In this document: one piece after another, positions 11,201 to 21,386 of the stretch | How positions within the stretch are numbered: the stretch's first letter is position 1 | Layout of the letters: each line of letters begins with the position of its first letter | Assembly (NCBI GenBank): GCA_048938895.1 | Contig: JBHLLU010000011.1 | Span: 1 to 64,000 of the forward strand | Direction: 5' to 3' | DNA length: 64,000 nucleotides | DNA from: Promethearchaeota archaeon | GTDB taxonomy: Archaea; Asgardarchaeota; Lokiarchaeia; Sigyniarchaeales; SOKP01 | Notes under the pieces: model-generated | The model's input: only the letters and a program-made list of their open reading frames with translations | What the model was told of the DNA's origin: nothing | Databases searched by the model: none | Program-made: the position numbers and the translations under genes

Positions 11201-12007
11201 CTATACTATTAATTCATAAGAGATTATATCACAGTATTTTTTAAATCCTAACTTCCTATATACTCTTTCTCCCATTGAAGAAGCTTGTAGCACACCCACT
11301 CTATAGTCCATTTTAAAAGCTTTTAGTAATGCGAAGCTACTTATCTCAAGTCCAAATCCTCTATTTCGATACTCTGATAAGGTAGATACGGCATGAAGAC
11401 CAGCGACTCCAGAAGAAAGGTATAACATTAGAGAAGAAACAGGAATCTTTTTAAATTTACCTAAAAAGAATTTAACTTCTGGTTCTAAAAATAAAAAATT
11501 AATTAATTCAGGATCTATTTTTATTCCAAAGCCAGAACTAGTAACTTCAGTCCATTGCTTTAAATCAGAATTATCAATTATCATCTCAATATCTAATTCA
11601 TTTTCATTTAAAGGTTGATTCTTCAAATTGTTTAGCTCAACAGCCATACCTGCTTGTTGATATACGTTTGAAAAACCACTTTTTTCAAGATTTGTTCCTA
11701 AATTATCTGGTTTACTTAATGGTCCGACGGTCCAACCATTTGGTGCTTCTCCTTTTTCAATTAGTATTTTAGCCTTTAAAATTTCACTTTTTATATTGTG
11801 ATTTTCAAAATTTGCCTTAAATATAGCCATTGGCCAATCAGCTTTTTTAGCCATTACCCAACTTATTTTATCGTCTATATAAGATTTGAAATTAGGATGA
11901 TATGACGATTTCGTATAAAAATCATCAAGATTTTTTTCGATATAAAAATTTATTGATTTTTCTAATATTCTTTTTAGAAACTGAGGCATTACATTTTCCC
12001 TTGGCAA
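11201..12007 (-). CDS. GNAT family N-acetyltransferase
   Basis: VSTLSEYRNRGFG acetyl-CoA motif; ASSMGERVYRKLGF. Confidence 0.9.
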   Translation of the reverse strand: MPRENVMPQFLKRILEKSINFYIEKNLDDFYTKSSYHPNFKSYIDDKISWVMAKKADWPMAIFKANFENHNIKSEILKAKILIEKGEAPNGWTVGPLSKPDNLGTNLEKSGFSNVYQQAGMAVELNNLKNQPLNENELDIEMIIDNSDLKQWTEVTSSGFGIKIDPELINFLFLEPEVKFFLGKFKKIPVSSLMLYLSSGVAGLHAVSTLSEYRNRGFGLEISSFALLKAFKMDYRVGVLQASSMGERVYRKLGFKKYCDIISYELIV

Positions 12008-12113
12008 AACTATACTATAAAACGATCAAATCCTCTATATATTTTATTGCTTATAAATAAGAATAAGAAAATATAAAAAAAAAGAGATTTTTGTAGCTGT
12101 TTTTATTTTTTAG

Positions 12114-14249
12114 TTATATTAGAGTTCCTAATAGACCTGCTCCGCTACCAAATACCATTAAGAATCCAAGAAAGATAGATGCTGTCAATGACATCACAAC
12201 TAATAAGGTATTTATGCTTGGACCGGCAGTATCTTTAAATGGGTCTCCAACCGTATCGCCTGTAATTGATGCTTTATGAATATCTGTCCCTTTCCCTCCA
12301 AGATTACCGTCCTCAATCCATTTCTTTGCATTGTCCCACGAGCCACCCGCGTTTGACATAAAGATGGCAAACACAAAACCAGATAATATAGCTCCTGCCA
12401 GGAAAGCTCCTAATGCAGCTACGCCAAATAGAATTCCAACTGTAATAGGAATAACAATTGCAATTATACTCGGTAATATAAGCTCTTTTAAAGCTCCTTT
12501 AGTTGCGATTGAAATGCATTTATTAAAATCTGCAGCATCTTCACCTGTTAATATTTTAGGATTTTCTTTAAATTGACGTCTAATTTCATCTACCATCTTA
12601 GCAGCATTTCTCTGAACTGCGAGGACTAGTAAAGCAGAGTAAAATGCAGGTACGACTACTCCTATAAATGCCCCAATTAAAACATCTACGTTAAGTAAAT
12701 TCACTATATCTATCGTACCTGGTTCAATATCATTTGCTTCTGTTGCAAATGAAAACATTAATGCAAGTACAGTTAGATTTGCAGCACCAATTGCAAATCC
12801 CTTAGTAATAGCTTTTGCTGTATTTCCTGCTGAATCCAATCTATCGGCTGTTCGAATAATATCCTCACCTAAATCTCCCTGTTCGGCAATACCTCGAGCA
12901 TTATCCACAATTGGGCCATATGCATCATTAGAAACGATTGTTCCCACAATTGAAAGCATACCAACTGCTGCCATTGCAACCCCAAATAGACCTCCCAATA
13001 TGTAGGCAAAAGCCATTGCAACTACAATACCAATAGCAGGAGGCACAACGCTAATTAATCCATAAGAAAATCCGCTTAGGATAACTACTGCATCACCCTC
13101 CTGTGCTGACTCCGCAATAACTCTAGTCGGCTTTCTTTTATCATTAGTAAAATAATCACTCGTAATTCCGATAATCAAACCACTAAGTAGTCCAATCACT
13201 ACAGAAGCATAAAGTTTCCATAAGAATATTACCTCAGTTTTACTTAGGCCCAAAATCATTATTAGAGTAATTATTGCAGCAAGACCAGCAAAAACAAGTG
13301 TAGCAAAATATGTTCCCAAATTTAATAATTTGCCAGGTTCTTCTCCTTTCATGATTTTAATAAGGTAGATACAAATCAAAGAAGCAATTAAACCAACACC
13401 GCTTAAGACAACAGGGAATACTACGAAAATATACCTAATATTTTCAGACATGCCTTCCCATACTGTACCCACGATTGATAAGGTTGCAGCTAACATCATA
13501 GCAGCAACAATTGAAGCTACGTACGAATCAAAAAGGTCAGATCCCATTCCAGCTATATCGCCCACATTATCACCTACATTATCTGCTATAGTGGCGGGAT
13601 TACGTGGATCATCCTCAGGCAAATCATATTCAGCTTTCCCAACAAGATCAGCACCTACATCCGCAGTTTTCGTATAGATACCTCCTCCTGCTTTCATAAA
13701 TAGGGCAACACTACTCGCTCCAAAACTAAAACCTAATACTATCATAGGATCTGGGATTATCCAATATAAAACAGAAATCCCGATTAGAGCTACACCGACT
13801 ACAGCAAGACCCATGACTGCTCCACCAAAAAAAGCAATATCAAAACCTTTCTTGGTGCTAATTGTACAACCTTGAGCAGCACGTGTATTTGTCTTTACAC
13901 CTGTCATCATTCCTAAATATCCGGCTCCCATTGATCCCACAGAACCTATAATATAGGCAATCATTTGTTCCCAATTTAACGCATCAGGTACTAATCTTTC
14001 ATACGTTAGACTAGAATCAAATGGAGAAGGTAAAAATAATAATGCAATCGCTAAAACACCCACAAAAATCCCTAAAACTTTATATTGAACTTTAAGGAAA
14101 GTTTTAGCTCCGGTTTCTATATAACCGGATACTTCTACCATTCTTTCATTTCCAGGATCTTCTTTTAGTACTAATCTTGCAAAGTATAAAGCCATACCAA
14201 TTGAAATAATACCTGCAACTAATGCAACAATTAAAATTAATGGTACCAT
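12114..14249 (-). CDS. hppA: Membrane-bound H+-translocating pyrophosphatase, probably K+-independent
   Basis: GGGIYTKTADVGADLVGK, DNVGDNVGD, GDTVGDPFKD motifs; GNTAKA has Lys at the K+-dependence position. Confidence 0.96.
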   Translation of the reverse strand: MVPLILIVALVAGIISIGMALYFARLVLKEDPGNERMVEVSGYIETGAKTFLKVQYKVLGIFVGVLAIALLFLPSPFDSSLTYERLVPDALNWEQMIAYIIGSVGSMGAGYLGMMTGVKTNTRAAQGCTISTKKGFDIAFFGGAVMGLAVVGVALIGISVLYWIIPDPMIVLGFSFGASSVALFMKAGGGIYTKTADVGADLVGKAEYDLPEDDPRNPATIADNVGDNVGDIAGMGSDLFDSYVASIVAAMMLAATLSIVGTVWEGMSENIRYIFVVFPVVLSGVGLIASLICIYLIKIMKGEEPGKLLNLGTYFATLVFAGLAAIITLIMILGLSKTEVIFLWKLYASVVIGLLSGLIIGITSDYFTNDKRKPTRVIAESAQEGDAVVILSGFSYGLISVVPPAIGIVVAMAFAYILGGLFGVAMAAVGMLSIVGTIVSNDAYGPIVDNARGIAEQGDLGEDIIRTADRLDSAGNTAKAITKGFAIGAANLTVLALMFSFATEANDIEPGTIDIVNLLNVDVLIGAFIGVVVPAFYSALLVLAVQRNAAKMVDEIRRQFKENPKILTGEDAADFNKCISIATKGALKELILPSIIAIVIPITVGILFGVAALGAFLAGAILSGFVFAIFMSNAGGSWDNAKKWIEDGNLGGKGTDIHKASITGDTVGDPFKDTAGPSINTLLVVMSLTASIFLGFLMVFGSGAGLLGTLI

Positions 14250-14416
14250 AAGTCTTCACTTAAATTTTTCATTATTTGTCAAATTTTTTTTAATCAAATA
14301 TACAATAATAACACTCAAAATATCTTAAATCATTAAAACATTTTGAATTTTAAATTAAGTTTTAATTTAATCGCACATTGTAATTTAGAAATAGCTCATA
14401 GAAGATGTAAATAGTC

Positions 14417-15349
14417 TTGGCTTTAGAAATCCCCCTTATACTATTATTGATATTAAATGGTGCTCTTGTAGGAATAAGTATGAGTTTTGTGGGGCAAACT
14501 GGTCAAGGAGTTGTAGTACCACTTATTCTTTTGATTAGTGGAGATGTTCTATTAGCAATTGTTGTAAATCTTCTAAATGATTTCATTGCTGCAATTTCAG
14601 TAGGGTTTAGTTATGTTAGGAAAAGACAATTTTATTTCAGTAAGAATATTCTAATTCTCTTAGGTATATCATTAATATTTTCATTTCTTGGGGTTCTTAT
14701 ACTGATGGTAACCCCATTAAGTACAATTTTTGGGTGGGTTCTACCAATCTTTATTATTTTCTTAGGCATTACAATTATTTCCAAAGGATTTCCTACTTCA
14801 GAGAGTTTGAAAGAAACAGTATCCAATATTTCTGCAAAATTATTTAGGCGAAAAAGAGAAGATGTTAATGCTGAAGATGTTGAAATTTATTCTGAAAAAT
14901 CAACTTTGAATGAAGAAATTATAGATATTCATATAAAAAGCATAATCAAGCCATACTCAAAATTATTTTTTATATTAACAAGTGTTTTAGGTATTATCGT
15001 AGGACTAAATTCTGGATTGTTCGGAGCGAATTCGGGTTTTATCATAACATTAGTTCTAATCATTTTATTTGGATATCCTCTTAAAAAGAGTATAGGAACA
15101 GCCTTATTATTAAGCTTAATTATGTCTATCTCTACATTTATATTCTACCAAATATTGGCTTTTAATATCCAAGGCAAGCTATATTTCAATTGGGAATATA
15201 TCCTCTATTTGGGTATAGGATCATTTATATCTGGTTTGACATCTTCAACATTCGTACAAAAACTTTCAGCAAGAGCAATGGGACGAGGAATGGGAATAAC
15301 TATGATAATTTTAGGTATTTCCTCACTGATTTTTTATTTGATTAGTTAA
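14417..15349 (+). CDS. TauE/SafE family sulfite exporter-like membrane protein
   Basis: About 8 TM helices; duplicated Gly motifs (SFVGQTGQGVVVP; SGLFGANSGFII); PLKKSIGTAL. Confidence 0.8.
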   Translation: MALEIPLILLLILNGALVGISMSFVGQTGQGVVVPLILLISGDVLLAIVVNLLNDFIAAISVGFSYVRKRQFYFSKNILILLGISLIFSFLGVLILMVTPLSTIFGWVLPIFIIFLGITIISKGFPTSESLKETVSNISAKLFRRKREDVNAEDVEIYSEKSTLNEEIIDIHIKSIIKPYSKLFFILTSVLGIIVGLNSGLFGANSGFIITLVLIILFGYPLKKSIGTALLLSLIMSISTFIFYQILAFNIQGKLYFNWEYILYLGIGSFISGLTSSTFVQKLSARAMGRGMGITMIILGISSLIFYLIS

Positions 15350-15528
15350 GAATCTCAAAAACTAGTGAAATATTTTTATATAAAGAAGCATCTTTCAGAT
15401 AAATGGTAATCATAGATCAGAAAGAGATATTATAACTGTTATCTTAAATTAATTAGATAATCACAGTCTTATAGAAATCTTTAAAAACAACAAATTTTTG
15501 TTTTTGATTATTCTCAGAGGTTAAGTTT

Positions 15529-16473
15529 ATGGATGAATTAAAATGTGAAATTTTAATTGTCGGTGCTGGTCCAGCAGGTTTAAGTGGAGGAGTTTATTGC
15601 GCTCGAGCAAATCGGGATGTAATTATACTTGATGGAAAGGAACCACCCGCATTAACACAAGCAAAAGAAATACAAAATTGGCCAGGAGAAATTGAAATTA
15701 AAGGAAAGCATCTATTAGAGAAATTTAGAACTCATACAGAAAGCTATTCAGAAAATATTAGATTTATAAAAGATGATGTAATTTCACTTATGCTTGGAAT
15801 GGGAGTAAATAGGACATCAACCAGAACAGCTAATATTATTTCTGACGCAGTGATTATTGCTACAGGTAGAGGTACACGAAAAGAAATAATAAAGGGAGAA
15901 GACAAATTATTGGGATTTGGTGTTTCCTACAGCGTTTTCAGTGATGGTCCATCATATAAGGGTAAGGTTGTCTATTTATTTGGTGAAGACGAGGAAATGC
16001 TAGAAGGTGCTTTAATTCTTCAACAAATGGGATGTTTAGTGGGAATTATTACAAGCGTTGGGATTGATGAATTACCGGAAAAAGTATACCAAGTAAAGGA
16101 ATACGGAATTCAAATTTTTGAAAATATGGAAATAATTGAAATAGTCTCAGATTCTGATGGGAAGATTCAAAAAATAATTTGTAGGTCTAATTTCTCTGAT
16201 CCTGAAAATCCAGATGAAATAAAGGAATTTGAATTAAGTTGTTTATTTATACTGTCACATATTTCGTCAAATTCAATATTCAAAAAAGCTGGTGTTGAGT
16301 TAGATGATCGGGGTAATATTATAGTTGATGAAGAACAAAAAACAAACCTAAAAGGAGTTTTTGCTGCGGGAGATTGCACAGGGGGCATATTTCAAGTAGT
16401 TTTTGCCACGGCAGAAGGGGCAAGAGCCGGAATAAATGCTTGTAGATACCTTCGACATATAAAGAAGGAATAA
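15529..16473 (+). CDS. Thioredoxin-reductase-like flavoprotein lacking CxxC and the NADPH motif
   Basis: FAD motifs GAGPAG, IIATG and FAAGD intact; VSYSVFSDG replaces VSYCxxCDG; FGEDEE replaces GGGxxA. Confidence 0.85.
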   Translation: MDELKCEILIVGAGPAGLSGGVYCARANRDVIILDGKEPPALTQAKEIQNWPGEIEIKGKHLLEKFRTHTESYSENIRFIKDDVISLMLGMGVNRTSTRTANIISDAVIIATGRGTRKEIIKGEDKLLGFGVSYSVFSDGPSYKGKVVYLFGEDEEMLEGALILQQMGCLVGIITSVGIDELPEKVYQVKEYGIQIFENMEIIEIVSDSDGKIQKIICRSNFSDPENPDEIKEFELSCLFILSHISSNSIFKKAGVELDDRGNIIVDEEQKTNLKGVFAAGDCTGGIFQVVFATAEGARAGINACRYLRHIKKE

Positions 16474-16566
16474 GTTATTCAAGAACAATTTGGAAAAAAA
16501 ATTTAAACATTTTGCTAAATTATTAAGAGTATAATTGATTAAGCCATAACACTATAGGTCTTAAAA

Positions 16567-17493
16567 ATGTCTAATGATGATGAGTTTGATTTAATAATTA
16601 TTGGTGGGGGTCCTGCAGGATTAACAGCTGCAATTTATGGGGGAAGAATGGGTTTAAAAACTGCTCTATATGAGAATAAAGGTTTCGGAGGATTAGCTGG
16701 AACTGCTCCTAAAATTGAAAATTATCCAGGATTTAATAGTATTAATGGTCTTGATTTAACAGAAAAAATGAAGGAGCAGGCAGAATATTGGGGTGCTACT
16801 CTATTTTATGATGAAGTATTGGCAATCAACCCTAAAGAAATGACAATAACTACATACGGAGGAGAAACAAAAGCCAAAGCAATTATCATAGCTACGGGTT
16901 CAAAACATCTCTCACTTGGATTATCTAATGAGTATGAATTAGTAGGGAATGGAATTTCTTATTGTGCTACCTGCGATGGACCGCTATTTAGAGATCAGGA
17001 AGTCGCTGCTGTTGGTGGGGGTAATGCTGCTGGTTTAGAGGTAATTTATCTATCAAATGTGGCTAAGAAAGTTTATCTTATTCACAGAAGACATTGTATG
17101 AGAGCAGAAGCCTGTATCGCAGATGAGGTTGATTCATTAGAAAATGTAGTTCCAATGTATAACTGTATAATTGAAGAAGCTATTACGAAAAATGATAAAT
17201 TGGGAGCTCTTAAAGTTAAAAACATCGAGACGGGTGAGATTTCTGACATTAATGTTAATGCTCTCTTTATAGCAATAGGTGTTGAACCTCAGAGTAATTT
17301 AGCAGAAAAAGCAGGGATTGAACTTGATGATGATAGATTTATTAAAGTGAATAGAGATCAAGAGACTAATTTTCCTGGAGTTTATGCTGCTGGTGATGTG
17401 ACCGGAGGAATACGGCAAGTAACTACAGCAGTCGGAGAGGGTACGACAGCAGCTATGAAGGCTTATTTATTTATCAAGGGCGGCTGGTATTAG
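16567..17493 (+). CDS. trxB: Thioredoxin-disulfide reductase
   Basis: GGGPAG, ISYCATCDG, GGGNAA, HRR, YAAGDV motifs. Confidence 0.95.
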   Translation: MSNDDEFDLIIIGGGPAGLTAAIYGGRMGLKTALYENKGFGGLAGTAPKIENYPGFNSINGLDLTEKMKEQAEYWGATLFYDEVLAINPKEMTITTYGGETKAKAIIIATGSKHLSLGLSNEYELVGNGISYCATCDGPLFRDQEVAAVGGGNAAGLEVIYLSNVAKKVYLIHRRHCMRAEACIADEVDSLENVVPMYNCIIEEAITKNDKLGALKVKNIETGEISDINVNALFIAIGVEPQSNLAEKAGIELDDDRFIKVNRDQETNFPGVYAAGDVTGGIRQVTTAVGEGTTAAMKAYLFIKGGWY

Positions 17494-17701
17494 CCTAAAT
17501 CCCCCAAAATTATATTTGAAAATAATTCTTGTTTTCTATTAATTATTTAGAATATTTTACTTTGATATTAGGTATTTTAGTTATAAAATAGAATTCAAGA
17601 AACAAGTGTATATTGTAAGATATAATTAATTACATTATATATTTAATATTTAATGGGGTGAAACCAAAACGTCTCAAGAAGAAATTACTTTAAATGAACA
17701 A

Positions 17702-18760
17702 ATGAAGAAAATTCTAATAAAAGGTTTTTATGGATTTAACACTATACTTACTATTGGTTTAGGTAGAAGACTTGGTATTTTTGATTATCTATATGATAAA
17801 TCTAAATCTTCCTCTGGGACTTCTCCCGTATCTTCAGTGGTTTTTGGAATAGAGGAAATTTCTGATAAACTCAACTTAAATCCTAAATATATAGATGCGT
17901 GGGTTCATCTAGGTCTTGAATGCGGTCTTTTTGAAATAAGTGATATTAATTTGAAAGAAGTAAAAACCGCTCCACATATATACAGTTTATTAATCGATCG
18001 TAATCATATGGTTTATGTTGGAGATACTATAGGAGCTTTTTATTATCTCGCACCATACCAAGATTCAATAATTGAAAATATTAAAGGGGAAGGAAAATTA
18101 ACAACCGCCGAATTCTATGAAGAATATCCAGAAGAAGTAATTAGAGCTACGCAACTTATGAGCGCAAGAATTGGATCTTTGATCGAAAGACTTTTTGCTA
18201 AAACCTTTAAAGATTTTTGTAGGAATCTAAGAAAGGAATCTTCAATTCTTTCAGTTGGATGTGGATATGGTTATACTTTGGAAGTTTGGGCAAAAAAGTA
18301 TAAGAAAGCAAAATTTGTGGGTATTGATATAGATTCTAGAGGTATATCAGCTGCTCAAAATTTAATAGAAGAAAATAATTGGAAAGGTAGAGTTGAAATT
18401 CTTGAAATTCCAATAGATGAATTTGCTAAAAAATCAGAAAACAAATTTGATCTAATATTACTCAATCAAGTTCTACATGAGATGGAAAAAGATAAAACTT
18501 ACAGGTTAAGTGTTTTGAATGATCTTTATACATTGTTAAAAGATGATGGAATTCTACTTATTGGAGAAAGTATGATTCATGAACCCTTCGATCCGCCAGA
18601 AGATTTTCAACTTTTTGATGTAATGCATAAATTTCTTGAAGCTGATTTTGCTGGTTTTTATAATGAGAAATCCTTCAAAGAATTAATCACTTCTTCAGCT
18701 TTTAAAAATTCAGAGTTTGTAAAAGAGAGAGGGACTTATTTCTGGGCAGTTCGTAAATAA
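17702..18760 (+). CDS. Class I SAM-dependent methyltransferase with N-terminal wHTH-like domain
   Basis: LSVGCGYG, GIDID, FDLILLNQVLHE, LKDDG motifs; true start may lie upstream (see findings). Confidence 0.88.
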   Translation: MKKILIKGFYGFNTILTIGLGRRLGIFDYLYDKSKSSSGTSPVSSVVFGIEEISDKLNLNPKYIDAWVHLGLECGLFEISDINLKEVKTAPHIYSLLIDRNHMVYVGDTIGAFYYLAPYQDSIIENIKGEGKLTTAEFYEEYPEEVIRATQLMSARIGSLIERLFAKTFKDFCRNLRKESSILSVGCGYGYTLEVWAKKYKKAKFVGIDIDSRGISAAQNLIEENNWKGRVEILEIPIDEFAKKSENKFDLILLNQVLHEMEKDKTYRLSVLNDLYTLLKDDGILLIGESMIHEPFDPPEDFQLFDVMHKFLEADFAGFYNEKSFKELITSSAFKNSEFVKERGTYFWAVRK

Positions 18761-18834
18761 ACATGTAAATTTTAATGATGTTACTTAGATATTACATTCT
18801 ATTATGTAATATCACGATCATATTGTATTCAATT

Positions 18835-19758
18835 ATGGTAGAGTGTAATTTCTCCGATTTTATTGAAGATTTTCTAATCTCGAAAGAAGTAGAAGAAGGA
18901 TGTGCTCCATCAACCATAAAAGCTTACAAATATGATCTCGACAAATTTATTGAACTTGTAGGTGATATCGATATGAATTCACCTGCAGTTAGGCAGCGAA
19001 TACGACTTTTTTTAAAAAAAATTAAAGATCTGGGGTATACAAAGAAGGGAATTGGGAGAAAAATTGCTTCACTACGTTCCTATTTCAAATTTTTGACGCT
19101 AAATGAATTTATAGAAAAAAATCCCATGAGCACCATTAAGTCTCCAAAGATAAAACTAGAAGAGAGCTTACCTAAATTTCTCAATATCTCTGATGTTGAA
19201 AAAATTTTCAAAAAATTAAAAGATCGTACTTTATTTAATTCAAGAAAAAGTCAGCGGTATTATTTAATAATCAGGCTTCTATATTCTACCATGGCTCGAG
19301 TAAGTGAGTTATGCAATATCAGAATTAAAGATATAGATTTTGAGAAAGGCTATATAAGATTACGTGGCAAGGGAAATAAAGAAAGAATTGTTCCTGTTGA
19401 CAAAAAAACCTTGGAGATTTTTGAAGAATCCCTTCGGGATCGAATTACTTATGATCCTGAGAATTATCTCATTGTAAACACGAGAAATCAAAGATTAAAT
19501 CCTCGACTTGTTCAGGCAGATATTAAACATATAAAAGAATTATGTGGCTTTCCAGATTCTAAAATTATTACACCACATGTATTCAGACATACTGGAGCAA
19601 CTCATCTTAGACGTTCGGGGATGGATATTAGTGAATTACAGGATATTTTAGGTCATTCAAGCCCAAATACTACAAGAATTTATGCGAAAAACGATATTAC
19701 AAAGTTAAAGCAATCATACAGTATGATGCACCCTTTAAATAATTCAGATAAATTTTAG
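18835..19758 (+). CDS. xerA: Tyrosine recombinase XerA (XerC/D family)
   Basis: N-terminal SAM-like domain; catalytic R (MARVSE), K (GKGNKER), HxxR (PHVFRH), H (LGHS), Y (TRIY); ATG 18835 preferred. Confidence 0.9.
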   Translation: MVECNFSDFIEDFLISKEVEEGCAPSTIKAYKYDLDKFIELVGDIDMNSPAVRQRIRLFLKKIKDLGYTKKGIGRKIASLRSYFKFLTLNEFIEKNPMSTIKSPKIKLEESLPKFLNISDVEKIFKKLKDRTLFNSRKSQRYYLIIRLLYSTMARVSELCNIRIKDIDFEKGYIRLRGKGNKERIVPVDKKTLEIFEESLRDRITYDPENYLIVNTRNQRLNPRLVQADIKHIKELCGFPDSKIITPHVFRHTGATHLRRSGMDISELQDILGHSSPNTTRIYAKNDITKLKQSYSMMHPLNNSDKF

Positions 19759-19779
19759 GAAAACTATTTAAGATAATCC

Positions 19780-19807
19780 CGTGAGTATAACAAAATTTAT
19801 AGTTAAT
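19780..19807. other. Candidate dif-like Xer site
   Basis: CGTGAGTATAA-CAAAAT-TTATAGTTAAT: 11-6-11 layout with TATAA-N6-TTATA core, starting 22 nt after the xerA stop. Confidence 0.45.
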
Positions 19808-19859
19808 TTGTTCCATTAATACTTATAAAATAACAAAATTTTTGCTCTCTCGAATTATT

Positions 19860-21053
19860 ATGGATGAGGATGCATTTAGAAGACAATTTAGCAAGAAATC
19901 GGTTTTCAAGAGTTTATCTTCACTCGATAAGAGTTGGGTTCCTGAAAAATTATTATGTCGAGATGATGCCCTTGGAACATTAATAGTTAATTATAGACGT
20001 ATCTTAGAAGAGGCAGAACAACCTTCTATTAATTGTCTTATATTAGGGAAGGGAGGTGTTGGGAAAACTTGTACTGCCCGGTATTTCGGTAAAAACTTTA
20101 GAACTGTTGCGATTGAGAAGGACGTAAAAATTTTTATAGAATATTTTGATTGTATCAATTTCCGCTCTAAAAGCAAGATTATTAGAGAGCTTTTAGCAAA
20201 ATACACTCATGGTAGTGGCAGAGGATATTCAGACGATGAAGCATTAAAGTTAATTCTTACAAAATTGATTAGAGACAACGGATATATGCTATTGATTATT
20301 GATGAGGTACATTTACTTAAACCGGAAGATGTATTAGCATTCTTGAATATAGCAGAGACTTTTGGGCATCAAAACGCAAAATTGTCTATCCTAATGGTTA
20401 GCAGAGGTACAGATTGGATGAAAATTGAAAATGAGAAGATTTTAAGCCGATTAAATGAAAAAATTCCACTTAAACCTTATAAATTCGAGGAAGCTATGAA
20501 AATATTAGAATATCGCAGTGAGATTGCATTAAAAGAATATGTTGTTGATAAAGAGTTGCTAACTATGATTGCTCAGATTGTTGTTGAGAATAAAAATATG
20601 AGACATGGAATTGAAATTATAAGAAAAAGTGGACTATATTGCGATAAAGAAGGATTAGAGAAAATTAATGCGGATATTGTAAGAAAGGCGTCTGATGATG
20701 TATATCCTACATTTCGAGCGGATATTATAGATGATCTAAAAGACCAAGAGCTTTTGGCTTTACATGGAATTGTTAGAATTTTAATAAATAATGATACTCC
20801 ATTTGCATTAGTTGATGATGCCTATGAGGAGTACTGTGCTATATGCGAAAGTTATTCAATAGAACCCCATGTCAAAATGAGTTTTAGAAAGTATGTACGA
20901 CAACTAAACCAACTCAAAATTATAGCGTCTAAAACTGTTAGGATAGAAGATGCAACAAGGGGACGACATTTAGAAATAACGTTATTAGATATACCAGCAA
21001 CAAAACTAGCAGAACTGTTAGAAGATATATTTGAACGTATGTTTGCACATTAA
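19860..21053 (+). CDS. cdc6: Orc1/Cdc6 replication initiator
   Basis: WVPEKLLCRD, Walker A GKGGVGKT, INFR, Walker B IIDEVH, C-terminal wHTH; ATG 19860 preferred. Confidence 0.93.
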   Translation: MDEDAFRRQFSKKSVFKSLSSLDKSWVPEKLLCRDDALGTLIVNYRRILEEAEQPSINCLILGKGGVGKTCTARYFGKNFRTVAIEKDVKIFIEYFDCINFRSKSKIIRELLAKYTHGSGRGYSDDEALKLILTKLIRDNGYMLLIIDEVHLLKPEDVLAFLNIAETFGHQNAKLSILMVSRGTDWMKIENEKILSRLNEKIPLKPYKFEEAMKILEYRSEIALKEYVVDKELLTMIAQIVVENKNMRHGIEIIRKSGLYCDKEGLEKINADIVRKASDDVYPTFRADIIDDLKDQELLALHGIVRILINNDTPFALVDDAYEEYCAICESYSIEPHVKMSFRKYVRQLNQLKIIASKTVRIEDATRGRHLEITLLDIPATKLAELLEDIFERMFAH

Positions 21054-21124
21054 GGTAAGTCTAATGGTTTGTTTATCCTAAATGTATTTATCTAATAGAT
21101 GAGTATCCTTATATTTAAAAATAC

Positions 21125-21386
21125 TCAATAGTCTTTTTCTTTAGATTCCTTAGAGGAGGAGTACCAATCTAACCATTCTTTTCGTCGATCTTTTTTGCGT
21201 TGAGTCTCATCAGCATTATTGATATTTTCATTTCTGACTTTCTTCCAGTAACTATCAAGTTCATGACGAGTTAAAGATAATCCGCAGGATTGACAAACGA
21301 TTTGCTTGATTGCTGATTGGTATTTCATGAACCCTCCACATTTCAGGTACACATTCAAAATGCAAACTTTCTGGGCAGCGGGCCAT
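21125..21386 (-). CDS. 77-aa zinc-ribbon protein, predicted spliced: join(21386->21369, 21340->21125)
   Basis: SD-like GGAG upstream of ATG 21386; spliced product MARCPECGGFMKYQSAIKQIVCQSCGLSL...RRKEWLDWYSSSKESKEKDY has two CxxCG knuckles; the unspliced ATG frame is out of phase with the downstream ORF. Confidence 0.75.
21341..21368 (-). other. Candidate 28-nt bulge-helix-bulge mRNA intron
   Basis: Fold CUGC-CCAG-AA^A-[GUUUGCAUU UUG AAUGUGUAC]-CUGA-AA^U-GUGG; cutting after the 2nd nt of each 3-nt bulge restores the frame. Confidence 0.72.

Noticed and set aside
10909-11212. ORFs 10909..11178(-) and 10961..11212(+)
   Set aside because: They overlap the RNase P RNA and are spurious frames in GC-richer DNA
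15529-17493. Selenocysteine recoding in the TrxR genes (also checked in hdrA/B/C)
   Set aside because: No in-frame TGA at catalytic positions
19759-19859. Replication origin next to cdc6
   Set aside because: The spacer is only about 100 bp and no repeated ORB/G-string boxes are visible on either side of cdc6
18835-21053. Integrated virus or plasmid (integrase + Orc1)
   Set aside because: No att direct repeats, tRNA target, or capsid/conjugation genes; flanks are housekeeping; the recombinase looks like chromosomal XerA
21341-21368. Spliceosomal (GT-AG) reading of the insert
   Set aside because: No frame-restoring placement of the 28 nt gives GT...AG ends, while the BHB geometry fits
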